64,000 nucleotides of DNA from Ylistrum balloti (Eukaryota). The first letter of the stretch is position 1. Each line of letters starts with the position of its first letter. A program made the position numbers and the translations under genes. This document shows, one piece after another, positions 26,174 through 35,760 of this stretch. Under the pieces are notes generated by a model. The model saw only the letters and a program-made list of their open reading frames with translations, was not told the DNA's origin and made no database searches. The stretch spans positions 2,790,001 through 2,854,000 of the forward strand of contig NW_026782081.1 of NCBI RefSeq assembly GCF_031769215.1, read 5' to 3'.

Positions 26174-26611
26174 TACGGAAGCGTATTCCGGCCACGTTGT
26201 GTTTTATTTTAATCTGAAATTTTGAGTCAGTAATCCGAAATTTTGAGATATTAACCCGAAATTTTGAGTTAGTAAGTCGAAATTTCGAGTTGTTATCACA
26301 AAAATTCGGGTTAATTTCTCATGATTTCTATAACTCGAAATTTCGACTTACTAACTCAAACTTTCAGATTAAAATAAAACACAACGTGGCCGGAATACGT
26401 TTCCGTAAGATGAACTTTAATGCTTACAAACATTTTATCTCGAAATTTCGGGTAAATATCTCAAATTTCGGATTACTAACTCTAAATTTCGACTTACTAA
26501 CTCAAAATTTCGGATTACTAACTCGAAATTTTGAGTTACTTAAATTTCGAGTTGCTATTTCGAAATTTCGAGATGAAATAAAACACAACGTGGCCGGAAT
26601 ACGCTTCCGTA
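26174..26611. mobile_element. MITE/foldback element with TA target sites, about 36-bp TIRs and internal ~21-bp repeats, carrying an internal inverted duplication
   Basis: Left end tacggaagcgtattccggccacgttgtgttttattt (26174). Reverse-complement copies end at 26407 and 26611. Internal units resemble ctcgaaatttcgacttactaa. Confidence 0.75.
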
Positions 26612-26795
26612 TCATCCTGAGATAAAGACCGCATGCAAAGTGACAAGGTAGACAGAAGGTTTCTCTTGATTTTAAATGTTAACAGACAAAAGGACGTTGG
26701 TGATGACATATCTTGTAAAATGGTCTATATCCAGATAGAGCAGGCATAGATAACAAGTTTAACATATTAGATAAGGCTGAGTTAGTTGTGTCACT

Positions 26796-29700
26796 ATGAC
26801 GGCTTTGGCCTTGTTGTTGGTCGTATCCCAGCTGTATATAGGTATGTACACAACTAAACAATACTATAAACGAGAAATAACTGCAATCAAATCTTACTGC
26901 CATTAATAAGCATGAGCACGAAAATTTATGAAGGAAATTAAAATTACTTGTGGTTTAGATATGCAACAACCAGAAACACTGTTCTAACCAATTTTAAGAT
27001 TTTCTAATTTTTTTCTGTCATTCGTGTAGCAAAACAAATGTGAGCTTCTTTTCGTCTTAAGTATTTATTATCATATTTTGAAAACCTTTGTCAGTTAATC
27101 ATTTATATTAATTTATTCGTCTCAAATCATTATGAGACTTCTCACTTATCCTACAATGTATAGTCATGCCGAACTATAATGAACACCAGTCACTACAGAA
27201 CATTTCACCATGTATCATATGTCAAATCCTCCTCCATACAAGCCTGCATTACGTTATAATATGTGGACAAGTATTGTTATACGAATTGACAGTTAAATAG
27301 TGTTTCTTTAAAAAAAAAAAAAAGCACCTGATCCTTCCTTTATCTATAAAGAGAAGACTTTTTAAAGAAACTTTTTTCGGTTGAAATTATTTTTTTATTC
27401 CATAACGAATTGAAAAAACAAGGTTACTTCAGCTAAAACTTTTTTGTCTATTATATTGACAAATAAAGATTTATTACGTAGTTCGCCGTTATTCTGGATT
27501 GAGCGTTACTTTCGATAATTGACAAAAGAAATCTAAAAGCATCAAAACCACTCAAACAATTGTCGCAGCGCAAACTTCTTTTCTGTATCCTGCTATCTGT
27601 TTCAAATTTGTTAATAATAACTACAACAACCTGCTAGGGCAGATGTAACTCGCAGCTACTGTTGATCAGTAATAAGTAAAAAATTGGAGCTGTTGCCAAG
27701 AGGTCAAGACGCAACTGAGCGTTTTTAACACTAACCTTTCACATCTGGATCAAGGCCTGCGTGGGTACTTTTTGCAGATTGGTGGTTTTTCCTCAGGAAC
27801 TCCTGGTTTCCTTCGGAAGCCAAATCTGAAATAACCCTTGCAGTTAATAGGACATAAAGAAACAACAAATCACACCAAACCGATTAATCGGACAGATCTC
27901 CATCAAAATCTCATTAATCACCGAACAAACACATTTGTCTTTTAAATAGTGAAACTGCTCCAACAATCAGCTTTTATAGTATTGACAGAATGTTCTGTAT
28001 ATACATCAAAGTCATTAACATGCACGTAGAGCAAGGCATACTGGGTAGCTAACAATACTGCTTTAGAAAAAAACTCTTTTCTTATTGTACATACAATGGA
28101 AACAAAAACGTCCTTTGTTCTTTTATACAACAAACATTCCGTCGTATCTTAACATTAAGTGTGATGTTTTCAATATACTAATGTGGTTTCGATCTCATAA
28201 ATGCGATATCTTCTAAAATAAATGGATTTGTAAGTATCAATTTTTACAGGCGGTTCTTTTGTCATTTCCTTTTATGTCACTTAGTACCATTACCTTTAAA
28301 TGACATAATGAAACGAATATATCATGAACAAAGAAATAATTAACAATCATAATATTCAAAATAAAAGACAATGAATGTTGTATATTGGCAGGCATCTGAT
28401 TGTATAGTACCATCGTAACCACAAGTTTAAACCGATAATTTTTTAATCTAAATCTACAGTGGGTTTTTTCGCAGCTTTCGGTTCCTTAAACACAACTTCC
28501 CAAGGAAGCTGCAGACATGGATGGATTAGCTTCCAAGAATCCTGTTACCTCTTTTCACACACTATGATGTCATGGCCTGACGCTGAAGTAAGTACCCGAT
28601 AAATAGGCTATACATGTATGGATTGTTACTGTACTTTGTCTCTAATAGATAGGAACCCAACTATAAAACACTCTACAAAAAATAATTTGCCAAACATAGA
28701 CTACGATATAAGTATTACTTTCGGTTGTTCTTATTTCTCAAAAAAGTCATATAATTATAAAATGCATAATTGTTACCAAACTTTTGAAAGGTTTCACTTT
28801 TATATCTTAACACACTTATTTACCACTGACAAAACTTCTTTCATCAAATTAATGTGAATCCTATTACAGGAAGCATGTGAGATTCTCCACAGTAATTTGG
28901 CAACCGTCCAGACAGAAGAACAGCAACAGTTTCTCAAGTCTTACTTGAATACAGTACACGCGAAAGGTGCAGTTTGTTACTTCAGCTTTCATAGCGATAT
29001 TGTTTCCTAACTTTTGTAAGGATTTAATTAAGAATAACCTAGACATAATTCTAAAATGGCACATGAATGTTTCCCATTTCTTTTTGGTTACTTTTAAATT
29101 CGATGGTAAATAATTGGTTGATCATCCCATCCCAACCCATGTTTCTACTGTGTAATAACATTATTCATATGCTATCTAAGACAGAAATAAAAGACTTTAA
29201 TAGAAACGTTGCAAATGATTCTGTGAATCTAGTATTGATATTGCTTATTCTCTGGCCATACTACGGACGTTTAACATGTATAATGTTGACGTTAGATTAT
29301 CCGCTCTTCGCATACTGGATCGACGGGAACGATCTGGAGTTTGCACACGAGTGGCAATGGTCTTCGATTGGTCAACCACTCAACTACACTGACTGGGGGC
29401 CTGGTGAACCTAGCAAGCTCCCCAACGAAAATTGTCTTCTCCTCTGGGGACCATTCCATTTTAAAATGGGGGACTATGGCTGTTACAATCTTCGACACTT
29501 CATTTGCCAACAAAGGTAACATCATAACTAAATGGTTGTTATTAACGATATTCTTAATGAAATTAAGAGAGTCGATTAAGTTATATTGTGTTCAACACTT
29601 TCATGCTTTTGCGAGTTAAGTATGGAAGGTTAAGCAGACTTCTTAAATACAGTTGTCGATTACATAGTCCAGCTTTCTCCCAGAATTGCGATGAAATAAA

Positions 29701-31291
29701 ACATTTTAAAGTCACAGGAATCGATATGAAAAAAGCGCTGTCCCTTTTTATCATGGACTATTCGAATATTCAATAACAACTTTCAATGTCCAATAAATAA
29801 TACATAAGCATTGTGCCACCATATTACTATAACGGCATGACAAAAACCTGTACATTTAACATGCACTCTCAGTCTCCTGCACAATACAGTGTATATGGAT
29901 ACTAGTGTTTTAGCCTGTATCAAACATTTTTCTCATTTTGCCAACATGAATGTTATACTTTTCAACGGTCACAAGGACAATATAACATTTTTTTGCTGAG
30001 ATCAGTTAACAGATATGTCCGCAAAGCAGCCACCAAGAAGCCATGCCCACGTGTGGGTCGTACTAAAAGCATCAACTGACCTTAACAGATGATATGTTAC
30101 ATACGAATATCATTTAATTATTTGAATGACTCATGTGTATCACGGTTAATGCAAAATTATTCTGCTTTAGTCATAGAAATAAATCGTAATTCAGAACACA
30201 GGAAATATTAAACAGCTTGGTGTTGAGGAAAAGAACATTTGGACATCGATAGGTTTTAGTAATTGCATAGATAAAAAAATGAATCAGTCTACGTGACGAG
30301 GACACCGCGGTAGCATTTACTTTGTTTTTTCTGAGTTACTAATGTTTTCTTGGTTTTTAGTTTTCTTTTAAATGGAATATATGATGCTGATGGTGTCACA
30401 ATTCTTGGACAAAAGTTTTTGATATCTGTAACAACAATTACCAAGAAAATTTATGATATAAATACGTCCATGCTTCCATTACCATATTAAAAGCAATAAG
30501 ATTTTTCAAGAAGATCATAGACTTAGGACAAGTCGACGATGTCAAAAGATAACTATAAAAATCGGCGAAATTTCTGACGTATTGATGCCCTATACTTTAG
30601 TGACCACGGACCTACGGTCAGGATGACTCTCGTATAGTGAAATGGTTTGTCAATCGACTTGTGGGTTGCACAGTGAAAGAAGCAGAAACATCAACATTAA
30701 ATACATTTAAATTGTAGACCCGAAATCGATATCTTCTTTGAAATATATCGATTTCGGGTCTACAATTTAAATATGTTTAATGTTGACTCTTCATCAAATT
30801 ATTGATCTGCTTGCTTTGCACTAGCGGTGGGTTAACGAGAAATACCTCACAGGAATATCGATTTAGTGTTAAGTGTAAGGAGAGGACATTTGACATTAAC
30901 TACGTTGAATTTCCGAAGTCACTGTAAGGGGACAGAACATCTTATCTGTCTCACATAAACTAACACTCTCTAGAAAGTCCACAAGTAAACGCGACTCTAA
31001 AGAAGACATTTAAGAAGAATATTGCCCGGGAAGAGAAAAATCATCAAAATTTAGTCGCATTTTATGATCAGATGAATAAAACTGTAGTCACTATTTTTCT
31101 ACCTGAAGATACCTTCGATCAAATGCTAAGTTACACCTTCAATTTAAGTATCAATAATTCAAAGTTAAACGAGCATTTGACCTACACAATTATATTTTAC
31201 TTAAAGTAATTGTATGCATGTATTTTCTTTCAGATCTCCCGTCGCACCGCCAACGAATTCCATCAATGGATGGGTTGCGTTCGGACGTTGA
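26796..31291 (+). CDS. Secreted C-type lectin (perlucin-like), CTL-E, about 177 aa, 5 exons
   Basis: Exons 26796-26841, 28475-28587 (alternative in-frame acceptor at 28460), 28870-28966, 29296-29515, 31234-31291 (534 nt). MTALALLLVVSQLYIAFG SLNTTSQGSCRHGWISFQESCYLFSHTMMSWPDAE EACEILHSNLATVQTEEQQQFL...YWIDGNDLEFAHEWQW...WGPGEPSKLPNENCLLLWGPFHFKMGDYGCYNLRHFICQQRSPVAPPTNSINGWVAFGR*. The terminal exon is the least certain part; unspliced read-through stops at 29517-29519. Confidence 0.82.
27686..27880 (+). mobile_element. Probable tRNA-derived SINE in CTL-E intron 1
   Basis: Degenerate A-box (gagctgttgccaagaggtcaag) and B-box (ggatcaaggcc), central core ggtggtttttcctcaggaactcctggtttcc resembling conserved metazoan SINE cores, and a tail ending gttaataggacataaagaaacaacaaa. 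Confidence 0.5.
30691..30786. repeat. 42-bp-stem inverted repeat (hairpin) with a 12-nt loop
   Basis: tcaacattaaatacatttaaattgtagacccgaaatcgatat (30691-30732) pairs with 30745-30786 with 2 mismatches. Confidence 0.85.
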
Positions 31292-32289
31292 GTAGACATA
31301 GTTTTGTTCGTTTGTGCCCATGTTATAAAACATCTATCCTGTGAGTTGTGTTTTATTTCAATCCCTTTCTTGCACAAAAGATAATCCAACAATACAGAAA
31401 TGACATTAATATATCATCAATCGATTTAATTTCAAATCCCAACACCAAACAAAAATACAGGTAACTTCCAAAACAAAAATGTATAAATCGATGTCTTAAA
31501 GCAAGAGATTATAAAATTACTGAATGGGCTAACTTTTTCAGATCTTTCAAGTGGACCTTGATATAGTAAATGTTGATTCCTCTACGTCGGTAATGTGTTA
31601 GACTTTTTCACTGTAGAGAATGGTGAATATGACATGAAAAACAAGTAGATCACTCACAATAAAGACATTGGACATGATTTCTACTTTGTCATTATGTTCA
31701 AAACCATGTCCCTGACAATGAAATACTACGTCACATCTCTGATTATAACAATGTATCAATGATAGTATATGATGTTCCCGGTATACACTATTACTTAAGT
31801 TTATATCATGAGGTTTTGTTTTTAAAATAACAAGATATTTTTGACCCGACCTATTGTATACACTATTCAGAAATCTGACACAACGAATTATTTTACATCA
31901 GCTGACTGCTTCCTGCTTTCATGACGTTTGGGACTTTCATCACTGCAAATGCCACAGGACAATGATCGCGTTTCTATAAAGAAATATTGGATTTTTTTTA
32001 TATATTCTTCGCAATCTCTCCCATCGCGTTGACGACAGCAAACATCAGATGTGTGCGCAACTATTGAAACAAGTCAGTCATCTTGATATAAACATAGTCT
32101 ATTATTTCCATGTGCATTAGTAGAGTCTGCAAACAGATCCAAAAAGGATATGTTTATATAATGATATATAATGGTATTTTATCTCCTTCAAACATTTCGG
32201 GGCCTCGCCATTCCCTTAATGCGTGATTTAATGACAGTTGTAACTTCATTGGTATCAAAGCATGTTTGTGTCTAAGTTTAGCGTGCTTT

Positions 32290-33975
32290 TTAATCTGTGG
32301 ATATATTTAAACGACTGATAGCTTCACTTCGAATGGCCTTTTTATCAGGTTTCCCGTTCGACAATGAAGGGAACTTTTCAAACTTCAGGAAGTAAGCAGG
32401 CATTACACCAAGGCCATCAAGTGTGCCTTCAGCGAAAAGGGTTTTCGTGCAGAAGTCTTTGACTTCCTCCGTAGTAAGTTCAGACATGCTCACAAAGCAG
32501 ATGCAAATTTCTTCATACAACCTTTTATCGGGGACGGGCACAACGCATACATACTTGATGGCTGGAATTTGTTTGACCAAGTCTTCTAACAGACCGGGAT
32601 ATATCTTTCGACCACCTCTAGATATGACATCTTTTTCTCTTCCAATAATAATGAGGCTCCGATCACAGCTTATTTTACCGATGTCTCCAGTTTTAAACCA
32701 AGAACCGTATGAAAATGAATTCGCCGTGAGCAGCTGATTTCCAAAGTATTCCTTCGTGGAATAAGGACCCCGCAACTGCACCATCCCAATAGTGTCCAAA
32801 GGTACAGGGTGATCCTTCTCATCCACAATACGTACCTCAACTCCAGGATAAGGCTGACCGACTTCTCCTGGTATCAAAGTGTCCCCTCTGCTTAATGGTC
32901 CGTACATATTTGCAGCCATGGCTTCTGTACAGCCGTACACAATGACAAGATGTTGAGAGAATCTTTCCATGATCTTTGTATATAGACTGTCGATAATCTG
33001 GCCCCCGGTGGAAATGTGATTGAGTCTGTAGCCATCCTCAGTATTACACAGTGGTAGATCAAGAAGATCGCGGATAATGTACGGGAACAAAAGAGCATCT
33101 GTGCATCTTTCTTCTTTCATTATTTTCCACAAGAATTCTGTGTTTTTGCCATTTATTGTTGCAAAAGCGTCCATTAAAACTCTTGTCCTGCGTAGAAGCA
33201 TATGAAAAACGGGAGAACCACCTATCCAGCTAAAAGGTCTGTCGTTGTAGTCAATGATTTCATATTCGACATCAGGAATCCAAGAGAATGGATAACAAGC
33301 CATATTGTAATGGGTATGGACAACCATCTTGGGTTTACCTGTGCTTCCAGATGTGGTGAAAATCACAGCTGGCTCTTCTGGAGATGTATCTGGCAACATC
33401 ATTTGTGTCAAGTCTATTGCTGCAACGTTTTCCAGAGTCTCCGTGTGATAAAATCCATCTAAATCGATAATGCGAAGCAGTAAAACTTTTATCTTGTCAC
33501 GTACTTTCTCATTATCTCTTTGGATACTAGGATGCTGTAACATAACTTTAACAGCTGGAAACAGTTCATTTTGTTCTCCTGAATCTGCAATGACAAGTTT
33601 TGTGTCCGTTAATCTAAGAATTTCATGTGCATCCTTGGCAGTTTTCGTATCAATGTTAATATTCAACACAACTGCTCCAGCGCACAGTATTCCAGCATAA
33701 GCAATAACCATATCCAGTGTATTTGGACCAATGAGAGCGACCCTGTCACCTTTCTGTATTCCTGTAGAAACCAGGTACCTGGCGAGCTGGCTTGCCTGGT
33801 TGTGTAGACTTGTATTGGTAAGGCTTGCCCTGGATCCATCTAGCCGCCTTAGGATGAATATCTCTTGGTCTGGATGGCTCTTGGAGTTTTCTTCAACTAC
33901 TCGCGGGACAGTCGTGTAGTTGAACGGCTTGGGTGGGCTGGTGTATAAGTAGCTTAAGCGTGAATAAGACGTCAT
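32290..33975 (-). CDS. Intronless class I adenylate-forming enzyme (acyl-CoA synthetase/ligase, ACSF2/4CL/luciferase superfamily), 561 aa
   Basis: Single ORF with ANL core motifs: P-loop IFTTSGSTGKPKMVVHTH, A5 YGCTEA, A7 WFKTGDIG, A8 GREKDVISRGGRKIYP, A10 PSLSNGKPDK. The ORF-track start at 34005 (MFFFNFQ) is a polypyrimidine tract plus acceptor (ttttaattttcag, exon starts 33984), so the likely start is the ATG at 33975 (MTSYSRL). Confidence 0.9.
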   Translation of the reverse strand: MTSYSRLSYLYTSPPKPFNYTTVPRVVEENSKSHPDQEIFILRRLDGSRASLTNTSLHNQASQLARYLVSTGIQKGDRVALIGPNTLDMVIAYAGILCAGAVVLNINIDTKTAKDAHEILRLTDTKLVIADSGEQNELFPAVKVMLQHPSIQRDNEKVRDKIKVLLLRIIDLDGFYHTETLENVAAIDLTQMMLPDTSPEEPAVIFTTSGSTGKPKMVVHTHYNMACYPFSWIPDVEYEIIDYNDRPFSWIGGSPVFHMLLRRTRVLMDAFATINGKNTEFLWKIMKEERCTDALLFPYIIRDLLDLPLCNTEDGYRLNHISTGGQIIDSLYTKIMERFSQHLVIVYGCTEAMAANMYGPLSRGDTLIPGEVGQPYPGVEVRIVDEKDHPVPLDTIGMVQLRGPYSTKEYFGNQLLTANSFSYGSWFKTGDIGKISCDRSLIIIGREKDVISRGGRKIYPGLLEDLVKQIPAIKYVCVVPVPDKRLYEEICICFVSMSELTTEEVKDFCTKTLFAEGTLDGLGVMPAYFLKFEKFPSLSNGKPDKKAIRSEAISRLNISTD

Positions 33976-34749
33976 ATTCTTTATCTGAAAATTAAAAAAG
34001 AACACAAATTCTAAATGATATTAAAAATACCAGGGGTTAAAACAGGATTTGATAAACTACATGATATTGCCCCCTGTCTGGATATTGGTGGCCTTTGTGG
34101 CATATCTCACCATTTCATAATATTTTTTTCATAACTGAGTAAAGGGGAAAGGATGAAGTTTAATGTTCGGTTATTCTTGTGTGTATTGGCCAGTAGTGGT
34201 GTCGCCAAAATAAAAAGCGATATACATAACTTCTTTTTCTTGATATAAAAACCAGAAGACGAGTATATAATATTACATTTAAATTGCTTTATTGTTACAA
34301 AAAGCACAAGTGAATTGTACCTTCCAATACAGTATGATAATTGCAACGTCATTTTCGGGCTGTTTCGTCTTTGTAGAGAGCGAAAGTGATCGTAACCCCT
34401 AGAGTATCGAGAAAGTTTTCTCCCGTATAGATATAAATACAAATATAAAAAGATATATAAATTTGATATAAGTGTTGTCTTACACTTTCAAAGACTTGCA
34501 AGATTGGAAAATTATCTTATACAAGCGACCAATCAAAACGCTTCGTATAAAATAAACAAAAATAAAAAATGAAATAGATATGATTAATAACGTTTTTTGA
34601 ATAACAAATGTGTGGTTAATATTTTTATAGCATTACTTGTACTGAATATGAAATATGAATAATTTTACTGCAAACACTTTTAAACAGTCTCTATTGATTG
34701 CTTAAGAACAGATCATGTGTGTGTGGAATCATATCACATTTCATCTATT

Positions 34750-34976
34750 NNNNNNNNNNNNNNNNNNNNNNNNNNNNNNNNNNNNNNNNNNNNNNNNNNN
34801 NNNNNNNNNNNNNNNNNNNNNNNNNNNNNNNNNNNNNNNNNNNNNNNNNNNNNNNNNNNNNNNNNNNNNNNNNNNNNNNNNNNNNNNNNNNNNNNNNNNN
34901 NNNNNNNNNNNNNNNNNNNNNNNNNNNNNNNNNNNNNNNNNNNNNNNNNNNNNNNNNNNNNNNNNNNNNNNNNNNN
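34750..34976. other. N-run (assembly gap or masked sequence), 227 nt
   Basis: Run of N, the same length as the run at 23706. Confidence 0.9.
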
Positions 34977-35489
34977 GTATAACATACCCATAGTAGTCAA
35001 CGTCATCATATTACTTTTTCGGAACTTTAAATATGTTGTAGATGTAAATACAGGATTCAACGGAAACGTTAAGCTACCTAGCATATTTGTAAATTTTGTA
35101 CATATACGGAATTATAGCAGTTAACTATAAACGAACAGTGCAGGTAATGAGAAGTGATTGACTACCTTTCAATAGAATGAAATTAAAACTAATCAATGCA
35201 TACTTGACCTGAAAAGGTTTGGGGTGGTGTCCTATATATAGAGTACAGCTAGTACAAAGAAGGATTAAGCACCGATTTGCCCCACTTAACATTTACAGAC
35301 ATGAATAATGACATCCTATTACTGAAATACTACCTAAACGTTCACGTTAGATATGATATGACTGGCATTTAACACAGAATTGGGTCTGTAGGCTGTTACA
35401 GTTACAATAGCAAGACGAACAGGGTCGTAATGTGACATGCTAACATAGCCTTGATGGAGATATGACAAAATACGAACAAACAATTAATA

Positions 35490-35760
35490 AAAGGACTCCT
35501 ACCAAAAAAGTAAAAGGAGAATAAGATCAGGTATTTTCGAAAGGCAATCGCTATCTACTTTATCGACAACGGCCGCCATAAAAGCTTGGCCAATCCAAGG
35601 AAGTAATGAAACGAGACATGAGATGTCAACAATAGATTCAGTAGGCATATTCAAAAGCATCAAACTGTCCAATTCCATATCGCACAAAGAAATGGTGTAA
35701 TTCCCAATAAGATAACTGTAACGACCGTAAAACTTCACACAAAATTTATCAATCTATTTC
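35490..35760 (-). mobile_element. Penelope-like element 3' end fragment
   Basis: ORF MKFYGRYSYLIGNYTISLCDM resembles the RT C-terminal KFYGRH.DL..Y.ISV..M, followed by the terminal-repeat motif (gttgtcgataaagtagatagcgattgcctttcgaaaatacctg) seen in other copies. Confidence 0.65.

Noticed and set aside
26725-26795. Three WGATAR motifs just upstream of the CTL-E ATG, with scattered ones upstream of the other lectins
   Set aside because: The motif is short and frequent in AT-rich DNA, and positions are not conserved between paralogs.
28200-28240. ATGGATTT/gtaagt as first exon of CTL-E
   Set aside because: Wrong phase for exon 2 and no signal peptide. The exon at 26796-26841 fits both.
32423-33919. 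Plus-strand ORFs (104, 86, 76, 60, 62 aa) over the ligase
   Set aside because: Antisense shadows of the real minus-strand CDS.
33976-34005. N-terminal MFFFNFQIKN extension of the ligase ORF
   Set aside because: Most of it is a polypyrimidine tract and AG acceptor. The next ATG (33975) is the more plausible start.
23706-34976. Two N-runs of identical length (227 nt)
   Set aside because: Most likely a scaffolding or masking artefact with no biological information.
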